A stretch of 64,000 nucleotides of DNA. Origin: a phage. Positions 8,924 to 17,958 of the stretch are shown here, in pieces (positions within the stretch are counted from its first letter, which is position 1; each line of letters starts with the position of its first letter). The DNA lies in sequence record PZ019084.1. One strand, written 5' to 3'. The translations under genes and the position numbers were made by a program. Under the pieces are notes generated by a model that ran no database searches, was not told the origin of the DNA, and worked only from the letters and a program-made list of their open reading frames with translations.

Positions 8924-10604
8924 TCTTAGCTAAACTAAATCTACCAACTTTTTCCATTTGAATGTGCTGACCATATTCCTGTGGGTCATGGTCTTTATGC
9001 GAAATTATGAAGAAGTTGGTATCCTTCAAACCATCTAAAATTTTAGCCACATTTTTAATACCTTCAGCATCAAATGCACCGTCATACACTTCATCAAGAA
9101 ATAAACAACTTATTTTAACACCTGAAACTTTTTCAGCAATATCACGCCAAGTAAATAAAAGAGCAATATCAATTCGTGCTTTTTCACCTTGACTAAATGA
9201 AGCATAACTAAAATCTTCACGACCACGGGATTTAATTGTCTCATTAAATTCTTCATCTAATGTAAACACATAATCCGCTTCCATTATTTTAAGATAATGA
9301 TTAATCTGCTTATTAAATAATGGAATGTACTTTTTAATAATAGCACCTTTAATACCAGAATCTTTGAGCATATCAGTCAAAATTCCTCTATGGTATTTTT
9401 CCATTACTAAATTAGTTTTTGTCTTAACAATTTTATCAAGTTCTTCTTGAAGCAGTGCTATTTCATCAGCATGGTCAATAAACTCAGATGATGCTTTTTC
9501 TATAGCTGCTTTAACTTTTTTAGCTTTATCTACAGTCGTGATTAGAGATTGCTTTTTATTGCGAATATCATTCGCCAACGTCTGCTGGGTTTTAATATTA
9601 TCTCGGTATTCATCAACGAGAACTTTTAAATTATCACGATGTGTTGAAAGCTGTTCAAACGAATGCGTGCATTCAGAAACTTTATCTTTAATTTTAGAAA
9701 CAACTTTATCACCGGAACTTAATTGTGACAAACAGGTTGGACATAATCCACCTTCGTGATACATATTAATGACTTTATTATACGAGTCAATTTTTGATTT
9801 AATTAAAAATGCTTCTTGACCGATTTTATTAAATGCATCAGTCGGGTCTTCATCCAAAACAATATTAACTAATCTTTCATTAGCTTCTTCTATTTCCGAT
9901 TTTAGCGTTCTAGCTTCTTTTGCCAAATCATCATACATATTCTGCAGACGAGTAAGGTTATCACCGGTTAATTTTTTCTGACGTTCAACGTTATCATTAT
10001 ATATTTTAATTTGTTGGATAATACTATCTTTTTTAACATCAAGCACTTGGTTTTGTGAATTTAATTCACGTATTAGTGCTTTATTAAGCTTATCCATTTC
10101 AGCTAATGTTCCTACCTCGAGTAGGTCTTCGACAAGCTTTCTTCTTGCAGGAGTGGATAAGCCCATAAAAGGGGTATATCCAGCCGTGCCGAGTACGACG
10201 ATCTGTTTGAAACTGGCGTATGACATTCCGATAAGCTGTTCAAATTCTGCTTGGAAATCTTTACTGCTGGCAGATTCATTAAGACGTGTACCGTTAACGG
10301 TGATTTCGAAAACGTTTGGTTTTTGTCCTCTTTTGATATAGTACTTTTTCTCATCATATTCCATCCACAGTTCAACTAAAAGTTCTTTCTTATTTGTACT
10401 GTTTATTAATTGGCCTTTCTTTACATCACGAAATGGCTTGCCAAAAAGCCCAAATGTGATGGCTTCTAACATAGTAGACTTACCACCGCCATTTCGCCCA
10501 GTAATAAGAGTTTTTTGAACCTTATCTAGTTGAATGTCAATAGGATTTCCACCTACTGACATTATATTTTGATACCTAACTCGGTTTAGTTTAAAATTCT
10601 TCAC
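8916..10604 (-). CDS. 46: recombination endonuclease subunit (Rad50/SbcC-like ATPase)
   Basis: 562 aa; Walker A TGRNGGGKST, D-loop CLFLDEV, central coiled coil. Confidence 0.93.
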   Translation of the reverse strand: MKNFKLNRVRYQNIMSVGGNPIDIQLDKVQKTLITGRNGGGKSTMLEAITFGLFGKPFRDVKKGQLINSTNKKELLVELWMEYDEKKYYIKRGQKPNVFEITVNGTRLNESASSKDFQAEFEQLIGMSYASFKQIVVLGTAGYTPFMGLSTPARRKLVEDLLEVGTLAEMDKLNKALIRELNSQNQVLDVKKDSIIQQIKIYNDNVERQKKLTGDNLTRLQNMYDDLAKEARTLKSEIEEANERLVNIVLDEDPTDAFNKIGQEAFLIKSKIDSYNKVINMYHEGGLCPTCLSQLSSGDKVVSKIKDKVSECTHSFEQLSTHRDNLKVLVDEYRDNIKTQQTLANDIRNKKQSLITTVDKAKKVKAAIEKASSEFIDHADEIALLQEELDKIVKTKTNLVMEKYHRGILTDMLKDSGIKGAIIKKYIPLFNKQINHYLKIMEADYVFTLDEEFNETIKSRGREDFSYASFSQGEKARIDIALLFTWRDIAEKVSGVKISCLFLDEVYDGAFDAEGIKNVAKILDGLKDTNFFIISHKDHDPQEYGQHIQMEKVGRFSLAKIS

Positions 10605-10816
10605 AAAAGATTCCTTTTAATGTATCTTTTAGACCATTCTATCATATCATCATAATCTAAAAAGTATTCATCAAATTCAGCCATGCAAACAACACCTTGT
10701 GCTGCTTTTGATGTAATATAAATTATTCCAACATATCTAGAATCTTCTTCGGTGTAATCAATATTTGCTATGAATTCATCGTTAATGTCAAATGTCGAAA
10801 ACTTCACAGTATGCAT
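10601..10816 (-). CDS. hypothetical protein (71 aa from internal start; track ORF extends to 10864)
   Basis: Small ORF between 47 and 46, start ambiguous. Confidence 0.45.
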   Translation of the reverse strand: MHTVKFSTFDINDEFIANIDYTEEDSRYVGIIYITSKAAQGVVCMAEFDEYFLDYDDMIEWSKRYIKRNLL

Positions 10817-11051
10817 CCTTAATACAAGATACAGCCATATCTTGTAATGATTTAGGTGTGTCATTATCTAAAATGTTGAAGTTAAAAGATACAGCCCAGT
10901 CAGTGCAGACCGTGACCTTTTTAATACAATTATCTTCAACCTCTAGCGGTTCAAACCAATATTCAATAATTTCTTTATGCCCAATATCATCTTTTACTTC
11001 GCATTCAAAATGCTGACTCATCATAACATTTTTAAATTCATCAAAAGTCAT
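10788..11051 (-). CDS. hypothetical protein (87 aa)
   Basis: Small ORF coupled to the gene 47 stop. Confidence 0.5.
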   Translation of the reverse strand: MTFDEFKNVMMSQHFECEVKDDIGHKEIIEYWFEPLEVEDNCIKKVTVCTDWAVSFNFNILDNDTPKSLQDMAVSCIKDAYCEVFDI

Positions 11052-12067
11052 TGTGTTGCCTCTACATATAACTGATTTGCATATTGAATAAGTGCTTCGC
11101 GGTCAGAATCAGTGATGTCTGGAATTGTATTAATGTATTCTTCCATCAACGTCTGAAGAGATTGAACTTCAACTTCTTCACTATCATCTGACTCGATAGA
11201 GTTATCAATCTTTGACACAACTCGTAATGAATGCACAACTTTTTCTAGTTCAGATTCGAACTTCGTTAGATTTTTGTCTACCTCAGTTACTATAACACGT
11301 ACTGATAGATTTGTAAAATCTTTATAGTCAATTTTTCCCTTAAATGGATACTGAATTCGACGGTGCCAAGTAGTGTTGTTTGGAATAAATTCCATTCGTT
11401 CTGTTTCTGTATCAAACATCCAGAACCCGCGAGGGTCATTCTCGTCACCTGCAGTTAGTGTCCATGGTGTCCCAATATATCTGACGTTAGCAGCCTCAGA
11501 GATAGTATGGAAGTGACCAGACCACACCTCTTTATAAGTCTTAAGGAAATCAGGTTCAAGACCGTGAGATTTCATTCCTTTATAAAAATAAAATCCATTC
11601 AGTTCCCAGTGACCAACACAAAAAGAAGCAGATGAAGTTTTGATGTGTTCAAGAATTTCACCAGTATTTTCTTCGCACATCCAAGGAATTAAATCAATCA
11701 AACATCCGTCAAAATCTACTGTAGTAGGCTTATCATATACTTTAACATTAGGATATTTAGCCAAAAGCTCAGTAGAAGCATTTGGAGTTAAAGTATTTTT
11801 AAAGTGCATATCATGGTTTCCTACAACAGTATGTAGGGTAATACCAGCATCATCAAGCATTTGAACTATTTCACGAGCGAACTCCATAGTTTTATGCGTG
11901 ATTGCTTTTCGCACATCAAAAATATCGCCGTATTGAATCCATGTAGTAATTCCGTTTTTCTTAGAATATTCTATTGCTTGTTTAATTCCATCCAACTGAA
12001 TGGATTGAACCCACTCATCATCGGCTTTAACACCTAAATGCCAATCACCTAAATTTAAAATTTTCAT
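11048..12067 (-). CDS. 47: recombination endonuclease subunit (Mre11/SbcD-like phosphoesterase)
   Basis: 339 aa; calcineurin-like motifs GDWHLG, GDIFD, GNHD. Confidence 0.93.
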   Translation of the reverse strand: MKILNLGDWHLGVKADDEWVQSIQLDGIKQAIEYSKKNGITTWIQYGDIFDVRKAITHKTMEFAREIVQMLDDAGITLHTVVGNHDMHFKNTLTPNASTELLAKYPNVKVYDKPTTVDFDGCLIDLIPWMCEENTGEILEHIKTSSASFCVGHWELNGFYFYKGMKSHGLEPDFLKTYKEVWSGHFHTISEAANVRYIGTPWTLTAGDENDPRGFWMFDTETERMEFIPNNTTWHRRIQYPFKGKIDYKDFTNLSVRVIVTEVDKNLTKFESELEKVVHSLRVVSKIDNSIESDDSEEVEVQSLQTLMEEYINTIPDITDSDREALIQYANQLYVEATQ

Positions 12068-12204
12068 ATATCAAGAACCGTCATTGAAATGCAAAATAAA
12101 ATTATTGAAATAAATCCGTCCGGAGTGCTAAAGAACCCAATCCAACATGCTCTAGTGAATAGATAAAATGCGAGAAAAAGTATCACATATCCAAGAAATA
12201 TCAT
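12064..12204 (-). CDS. small hydrophobic protein (46 aa)
   Basis: Below the ORF-track size cut-off; MIFLGYVILFLAFYLFTRACWIGFF...; stop overlaps gene 47 ATG (ATGA). Confidence 0.4.
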   Translation of the reverse strand: MIFLGYVILFLAFYLFTRACWIGFFSTPDGFISIILFCISMTVLDI

Positions 12205-12227
12205 TATATCAAACTCCGTATAAAGCT

Positions 12228-12246
12228 AAAGGGCCGAAGCCCTTTA
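12228..12246 (-). terminator. CUUCGG tetraloop hairpin
   Basis: aaagggc-cgaa-gcccttt overlapping the alpha-gt stop codon. Confidence 0.5.
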
Positions 12247-13446
12247 TTTTGTAATAATGTCAAACTGTTCTTTAAAGCAGAAGCTTGAATCTTGATGCTG
12301 ATACAAAAATTCATAAGCTTTTTCGCGTTCACGGTCATAAAGAGCTCGGTCAGATGACAGTTCTTTAATACGCTCAAATGTTGATTCCATGTCATTTTCA
12401 TCAAACCAAACGATACCGCTATCATGAGAAATTAACGGAGTATTATCAACACGGAATTTTAAATTTTCGCCAGTAGATTTCCAAAATACTGGAATTGTTC
12501 CACATGCACCAAGCTCGAGATGAGTATATTCTAAAGAACGTTGTAGATATTTTTTGTCCAACTTACTCAGCTGATAACCAAATCCAGATTTACTCATGCG
12601 TTCAAGCATTTCGCTATTTACATAACGGTCAAGAATTTGCGTTGGCAAATTAGGAGCAATTTTAATTTGGTCTACTTGATGAAGACGATAATACTCGTAT
12701 GGAATTCCTTTTTCTTTAATAGGAATGAACGCTGGAGAACGTTCCAGACCTTCCATAATAGTACTTAACCCTGCAGGTTTAAGATGTTTTTCGTGAAAAT
12801 CAAACATCTGATAAAAACCTTTCCATGTAGTAGTACGACCAATCCAACGGTTGATATTCATGTTAATTTCAGAAACATCTTTCCAGTAAGTTGATCGAAC
12901 CTTCGCAATATCCATAGGAGGCTGAAAGTTGTATACAGTCGGTGCTTCTTCAATATCATCAAACAGTGAAACAGTTTCTGGATACCATTCTTTCATCAGA
13001 ACTTTATTAAAATCACCATTATCAGAATGACTAAAAATAACATCAGCTCGGCGAACAGTTTCTTCTAATCCCAAATTTCGACGCAAAGAAAGAGAAGAAT
13101 GGTCATGTTGATAAACTACAACACGAACCGAAGGTTTAATGTTATCAATAATTTTTTTATAGTTATTAATAGTGTCTTCTTCGACTGAAGTAGCAGGAAC
13201 TGAATTGATAACTAGAATATCACAATCATTTACCAGCTTAAGCGTTTTATCGTATTCTTTTGCCAATAAAACCGGAATTGAAAATGATTTATAATCATGC
13301 GCGCAATTACGTGTAAATGATTTATCTTTAGCATAAACCAAAGTTACTTCATGACCATTTTTAATAAACCAATCACGCTGCTCAAGAGAAAATTTAGTTA
13401 CGCCACAACCTTCAAGACCTCGAGCCATAAAAATGCATACTTTCAT
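12244..13446 (-). CDS. a-gt: alpha-glucosyltransferase for hydroxymethylcytosine DNA
   Basis: 400 aa glycosyltransferase, T4 alpha-gt length and position downstream of 55. Confidence 0.88.
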   Translation of the reverse strand: MKVCIFMARGLEGCGVTKFSLEQRDWFIKNGHEVTLVYAKDKSFTRNCAHDYKSFSIPVLLAKEYDKTLKLVNDCDILVINSVPATSVEEDTINNYKKIIDNIKPSVRVVVYQHDHSSLSLRRNLGLEETVRRADVIFSHSDNGDFNKVLMKEWYPETVSLFDDIEEAPTVYNFQPPMDIAKVRSTYWKDVSEINMNINRWIGRTTTWKGFYQMFDFHEKHLKPAGLSTIMEGLERSPAFIPIKEKGIPYEYYRLHQVDQIKIAPNLPTQILDRYVNSEMLERMSKSGFGYQLSKLDKKYLQRSLEYTHLELGACGTIPVFWKSTGENLKFRVDNTPLISHDSGIVWFDENDMESTFERIKELSSDRALYDREREKAYEFLYQHQDSSFCFKEQFDIITK

Positions 13447-13497
13447 TTAATATCCTCATTGTTTTGGTTTATTTTACCAAAAATTTATAAAGCAATA

Positions 13498-13516
13498 TAG
13501 GAGCCGAAGCTCCTAT
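13498..13516 (-). terminator. CUUCGG tetraloop hairpin
   Basis: taggagc-cgaa-gctccta. Confidence 0.45.
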
Positions 13517-13686
13517 CCGCATAATACGCCATACAAAGGCTCGTTAGAGCTTCTAAATTTTATGCGCTTATATGTTATAGTTCCTTCTGCTTTAGCTTTA
13601 TCGTGAGCCTCTTTAAAGCGTCTCATCATTTCTACTTTAGAGGAACGAATTTTATTATAATCTATTTCAGAAGTCTGGGTGTTCAT
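13513..13686 (-). CDS. hypothetical protein (57 aa)
   Basis: Sub-threshold ORF MNTQTSEIDYNKIRSSKVEMMRRFKEAHDKAKAEG... Confidence 0.35.
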   Translation of the reverse strand: MNTQTSEIDYNKIRSSKVEMMRRFKEAHDKAKAEGTITYKRIKFRSSNEPLYGVLCG

Positions 13687-13689
13687 CTT

Positions 13690-13896
13690 TCACAATTGCC
13701 ACCATTTTTTGACTTGATAAGAATCAACCCACACTTTCATGTTAGGGTCTGCTCTTACAATAGGAGGATTAACTTCTTTAATTGAACTATCATGGTATTC
13801 TTTTTCAGAAATTTTCACACAAAGATGACCATTCAAAGATTCAGTAAATCCTGCATTAATTTTAAGACGCTTGAATTTTACGTGTGTAAGCATCAA
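13690..13896 (-). CDS. hypothetical protein (68 aa)
   Basis: Minus-strand ORF in the alpha-gt to 55 interval. Confidence 0.45.
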   Translation of the reverse strand: MMLTHVKFKRLKINAGFTESLNGHLCVKISEKEYHDSSIKEVNPPIVRADPNMKVWVDSYQVKKWWQL

Positions 13897-14179
13897 TCAT
13901 ATCCTCAATCTGCGATCTAGTAGTCTTCCAAAGAATACTAATGAGTTCATCGTTATATGGCTGTTTTAGAATATCCCGACTTTTCTTGATAGCATATTCG
14001 TATTGAGCAAAATTATTGTTTTCAGCTGCAATCTGAGCGTGCTTATAAAGACGGTTCAGTTCGCGTTTATTTTTAGACAATAACTTATTTGCTTTTCTTT
14101 CTGCTTCAAGACGGTTCTTTTCTTCAATAGAAGAAATAAGCTTTTCCACTTCATCATTAATTTCGGGTTTATCAGTCAT
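13862..14179 (-). CDS. hypothetical protein (105 aa)
   Basis: Charged, likely helical small protein. Confidence 0.55.
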   Translation of the reverse strand: MTDKPEINDEVEKLISSIEEKNRLEAERKANKLLSKNKRELNRLYKHAQIAAENNNFAQYEYAIKKSRDILKQPYNDELISILWKTTRSQIEDMIDAYTRKIQAS

Positions 14180-14180
14180 A

Positions 14181-14399
14181 TTATTTCTCTAATATAAAAT
14201 AAAAATCATCATCTGTTAAATGATACCGATAGTTTAATTCTACACCATTAGATTTAAAAGCGGTATCATACGGATTTTCTGGATCAATATCAATGTCAAG
14301 AGCTAAAACTTCCCTGAGATACATTTTAAGTAAATAGGGAATAGCTTCAACTTCAGGTATTTCTTCCAAGAATCCGGAGAGGTTAATCGTTAGCCTCAT
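14181..14399 (-). CDS. hypothetical protein (72 aa)
   Basis: Small ORF tightly packed upstream of the 105-aa ORF. Confidence 0.5.
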
Positions 14400-14940
14400 A
14401 TAAAAAATCCAAACTAGGAGAATCGTCTACAACACTTTTCTTTTCAGCCCCCGGTGTTCTATAGGTTGATTCTTCGTAATGCGTCATTTTATCGTAGATG
14501 TCTTGAATAAAAGTTTCATCTACTAACGCAACCATATCGTCGTCACGACTGTCATAGACATTGTGAACGAAGTAACTGTATTTCTTTGCAACTTCCTTAC
14601 GTTCTTTTTTAATACGTTGGACGAATGCATTAAAACAAGCTTGAGTTATATATGCATGTGGGTTTTTATATTTCGTTTCATCAAAATTATGAAGCCCCTT
14701 AATAGAAGCTTCTATACCATCTGCAATCATTTCTTGTTTCCAGGATTGGGTGTATCCTGAAAAGTTGAAACGTTTAGATAAGCCTTCTGCAATAAGCATA
14801 ATGGCCAATCCGATAGTATCATTCTGACGAACTACTTTATTTGGGTCTTTATTATTTGCTAATTCTGTTTTCCAATCAATAATAGCTTGTAAAAGCTCTT
14901 TATTGTTTACGTAATTATATTTAGGCTTAGTTTCTGACAT
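14383..14940 (-). CDS. 55: late-transcription sigma factor gp55
   Basis: Start set at [10 protein letters not shown] (185 aa as in T4); track ORF starts 2 codons upstream. Confidence 0.92.
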
Positions 14941-15018
14941 TTTCACCTCTTAGCTCAATTCATAGATCTATTATATCATAATATTTGAAGATCTATCTTA
15001 AAGCATAGAGGATATCAG

Positions 15019-15288
15019 TTATCTAAGTAAGCAGTATGCTTGGAACACTTTCTCCATCATCTTTTTAAATTCATGAATATCTATGTAATGACTAGTTAAA
15101 TCAGCATGATATAAAAAGTCTAAAAACTTTTCATGCGTGCTAACATATTCAATTTCATTTAATTCAGAAACATGGCTTTCCCAATATCCAACACCAGTCT
15201 TATTTGGGAAAAATGAAATTTTCATATATTGGTCAACATAGAAAATTCCATAATTTTCAATAGTAATAGAAATATTAATAAATTTCAT
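15019..15288 (-). CDS. hypothetical protein (89 aa)
   Basis: 55.x-region small ORF. Confidence 0.5.
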   Translation of the reverse strand: MKFINISITIENYGIFYVDQYMKISFFPNKTGVGYWESHVSELNEIEYVSTHEKFLDFLYHADLTSHYIDIHEFKKMMEKVFQAYCLLR

Positions 15289-15500
15289 ACATTCATCAAC
15301 TTAGCCGCTTCAAGAGCTGCATCTAGTGAATCAAATTGGTCAACGTATTCAATCAATTTGCCGTAATTAGCGTATAACCACCATTGGCTAAATTCATACT
15401 CAAGAATGAATCCATTTCCTTCAATTTGAGTTAAACCAATGCCGTTTGTATTTACTTCATATCCGGCAAGACGTAAATCGTTAATAAGAGCTTCATTCAT
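15285..15500 (-). CDS. hypothetical protein (71 aa)
   Basis: 55.x-region small ORF, coupled stops and starts. Confidence 0.5.
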   Translation of the reverse strand: MNEALINDLRLAGYEVNTNGIGLTQIEGNGFILEYEFSQWWLYANYGKLIEYVDQFDSLDAALEAAKLMNV

Positions 15501-15502
15501 AA

Positions 15503-15829
15503 TTATGCCTTAGTAATTTTCAGATCAGCAAATTTTTTCTTGCGTTGATTTTTCATACGACGAATAGTTTTATCGGAAATTTCATGCTTTTGATAAGCTT
15601 TAGATTCTACACCAAAAGCTTTAACATCAAATTCTGACAAGATATATTGAACCAACAATTCACGGATAGTATTTCGTCCAATTTTTTGATCATTCTGTTT
15701 CATCGTCTGATGAAGCTCTTTTTCCCATTTATCCAAAATTTGAGGAGTTACAATATCGCCTTTTTCTAGCAGAGAAACTACTTTATCATATGCATAAGAA
15801 TTGATGGCGTTTTTAATTTGAATAGTCAT
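15503..15829 (-). CDS. hypothetical protein (108 aa)
   Basis: 55.x-region ORF. Confidence 0.55.
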   Translation of the reverse strand: MTIQIKNAINSYAYDKVVSLLEKGDIVTPQILDKWEKELHQTMKQNDQKIGRNTIRELLVQYILSEFDVKAFGVESKAYQKHEISDKTIRRMKNQRKKKFADLKITKA

Positions 15830-15867
15830 ACATTATCCTCAATTACGTTAAAATTTTATTATCCAAA

Positions 15868-15883
15868 AAGGGCCGAAGCCCTT
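15868..15883 (-). terminator. CUUCGG tetraloop hairpin
   Basis: aagggc-cgaa-gccctt. Confidence 0.5.
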
Positions 15884-16082
15884 AGCTAAACTGTTTGGCA
15901 CCCTTCCAGCCTTCGTACATCATTGCAGCTGATATTAATATTGCTCCTGCGCATTTTGAATATTTGTGATTCCAAAACCAGTTCAGAAAAACTTCGTCAT
16001 CAATACCTTGGGCTATCATATTTTCAAAGAACTGGCGACGAGCTTCAGCAATTCGTTGCGATAATTTAGATTCAGGATTCAT
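15882..16082 (-). CDS. hypothetical protein (66 aa)
   Basis: Small ORF. Confidence 0.45.
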   Translation of the reverse strand: MNPESKLSQRIAEARRQFFENMIAQGIDDEVFLNWFWNHKYSKCAGAILISAAMMYEGWKGAKQFS

Positions 16083-16214
16083 TTAAATTTTCCAGTTACC
16101 GTTTTCATCAATGAATTTAATCCAGTCATTTACTGACCACTTGGTGGTATCGCCTTTTGGAGCAATATTTAAAGTGTATAATCCTTGTTTAAAAAGCATG
16201 CGTTTGATATTCAT
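16083..16214 (-). CDS. hypothetical protein (43 aa from internal start MNIKRM; track ORF to 16298)
   Basis: GAGGA RBS before the internal ATG; the longer version would overlap the upstream gene. Confidence 0.35.
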   Translation of the reverse strand: MNIKRMLFKQGLYTLNIAPKGDTTKWSVNDWIKFIDENGNWKI

Positions 16215-16221
16215 ATTTTCC

Positions 16222-16515
16222 TCAGCTGTAACGATAGCACTCGTTTGATTTACGCTTAGCAACTCGTTGAGAAGTATTGTAATCAAAATCATCGTCAATG
16301 TAAACTGATTTTTTCAACTTTCTTACTTCACCACGCAATTGACGATTTAGCTCATCTTTAACTTCTGAATCAATGCCTTTCATTCTACGCCATTTATCAG
16401 AGCGAAAAATGTTTTCAACCATATCTTTATGACTTACACCATCAGGAGCTTTACGCTTTCCGAAATAGTCATAATCACGAACTTTCAAGTCTTTACGACG
16501 ATACGTTTTACCCAT
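16222..16515 (-). CDS. hypothetical basic protein (97 aa, start at MGKTYRR)
   Basis: Lys/Arg-rich; track ORF extends to 16554. Confidence 0.45.
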   Translation of the reverse strand: MGKTYRRKDLKVRDYDYFGKRKAPDGVSHKDMVENIFRSDKWRRMKGIDSEVKDELNRQLRGEVRKLKKSVYIDDDFDYNTSQRVAKRKSNECYRYS

Positions 16516-16690
16516 GGAGTTTAATTTCCTTAGCAACTGAACTAAATACAGCACGATCGCAAATCATCTGTTTATGTAACTTGAGTATAAGATAATAAAC
16601 TTCAAAACCGTTTACATAAGTAACACGAACAACATTACCATTAATAAAATAATATTGTCCCTTTTTAATTTCTTTATCAACCACAACCAT
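16508..16690 (-). CDS. hypothetical protein (60 aa)
   Basis: Small ORF just downstream of an early promoter. Confidence 0.45.
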   Translation of the reverse strand: MVVVDKEIKKGQYYFINGNVVRVTYVNGFEVYYLILKLHKQMICDRAVFSSVAKEIKLHG

Positions 16691-16717
16691 ATCAAATCCT
16701 CAAAGGCAATTCATGTG

Positions 16718-16750
16718 TTAATAATACCACAGTTTGAACTTCTTGTAAAC
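16718..16750 (-). promoter_or_regulatory. T4-type early promoter
   Basis: GTTTAC (16750-16745) and TATTAT-like -10 about 18 nt downstream. Confidence 0.5.
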
Positions 16751-16848
16751 AACTTTGTGAAAATTATTTTAGGGAATGATAAGAAGGGAACGATAGCTTA
16801 GAATGGTAATATACAGAATGTGAGAAAGAAAGGCCCAGAGGGCCCGTC

Positions 16849-17157
16849 TTAGTCTTCTATGATATCTCTATCATATCCAAGTGAAATGAGAGTTTCTTTG
16901 AAGTGTTTAATGTTCTTTTGTCTAGAATCATTGATGAAAATGACTGGATAACGAATGTTAAGAGATGTGAATCCAGCGCGTTTAGCAAGAGATACAATCA
17001 GTGGACGATCATACTCAATCTTACCATTATTTGTAAGAACTTTATAGAAAGTAAAAGGAGCATTGAGCTCCTTTAGAAGTTTTGTAACTGATTGACATCC
17101 AGGACAACGACCTACTTCATCTGGAATTCCATAGACTTCAATCTTGTTTTGTTTCAC
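16849..17157 (-). CDS. nrdH: glutaredoxin-like protein NrdH
   Basis: 102 aa, CPGC redox motif. Confidence 0.8.
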   Translation of the reverse strand: MKQNKIEVYGIPDEVGRCPGCQSVTKLLKELNAPFTFYKVLTNNGKIEYDRPLIVSLAKRAGFTSLNIRYPVIFINDSRQKNIKHFKETLISLGYDRDIIED

Positions 17158-17159
17158 AA

Positions 17160-17372
17160 CTATTCCTTACTAAGAGCAGCATTCAGCTTGTTAGTAATTT
17201 TATCCAGACGCTCATTGAACTCGCTAGAAGATAGTCCTTTTTCTGGAGAAATTAAGCTAATCACGAAAAATATAGCAATAAAAGGAATAAGGAAAATAGC
17301 TCCAACTGCCATAAACAAAAAGAATGTTACAGTTGTAAGAAAATCAGCTAAACCTTTACGAAATTTATACAT
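17160..17372 (-). CDS. small membrane protein (70 aa)
   Basis: One long hydrophobic helix. Confidence 0.5.
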   Translation of the reverse strand: MYKFRKGLADFLTTVTFFLFMAVGAIFLIPFIAIFFVISLISPEKGLSSSEFNERLDKITNKLNAALSKE

Positions 17373-17487
17373 ATTTTACCCTTAATTGATTAACCAAGCA
17401 TTGATAAGCACTAAACTATATTGCGAATAAAATTCTGGACCAAAATGAAAAATCATATCATTTATAGTGTCCATAATATAATTCAAT

Positions 17488-17958
17488 TTAATCATGTTTC
17501 CACACCCCATCGGTATTTGACCAAAGTCGCTGATTATCTGATCCTCGCCACAGCTTTTTAGTCGGAAGATTTTTCTCATACTTCCCATCAATAATAACAT
17601 CAACATATTTAAGCATTTCTAGTTGTTTAATATCTTCAAACTTGTATCCTGTCCACAACCAAATGCTTTTATTTGGATAAAGATTTTTTACCGTTTGAAC
17701 AATACAATGAACAACATCCCGGTTATCAGGATAAAGAGGGTCTCCTCCAGTTATAGTTAATCCTTCTATATAATCATTATTCAAACATTCAATTAATTGT
17801 TCTAGTGTTTCACCAGTGAATGGAACGCCATTTCTAGCATTCCATGTTGATTTATTATAACATCCTTCACATTTATGCAAACACCCCGTAACGAAAAGAA
17901 CGACCCTGCATCCAGGGCCATTCACAAAATCACAGGGATAAAATCTATCGTAATTCAT
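17488..17958 (-). CDS. nrdG: anaerobic ribonucleotide reductase activating protein (radical SAM)
   Basis: 156 aa; Cys cluster CDFVNGPGCRVVLFVTGCLHKCEGC. Confidence 0.92.
   Translation of the reverse strand: MNYDRFYPCDFVNGPGCRVVLFVTGCLHKCEGCYNKSTWNARNGVPFTGETLEQLIECLNNDYIEGLTITGGDPLYPDNRDVVHCIVQTVKNLYPNKSIWLWTGYKFEDIKQLEMLKYVDVIIDGKYEKNLPTKKLWRGSDNQRLWSNTDGVWKHD

Noticed and set aside
12204-12425. 73-aa minus-strand ORF overlapping the alpha-gt 3' end
   Set aside because: Out-of-frame overlap with alpha-gt; a 46-aa ORF starting at the same position and running the other way (12064-12204) fits the intergenic gap better
17382-17606. 74-aa ORF overlapping the nrdG 3' end
   Set aside because: Overlaps nrdG for about 120 nt in another frame; at most a 37-aa product from an internal ATG (17495) could be real, too weak to call
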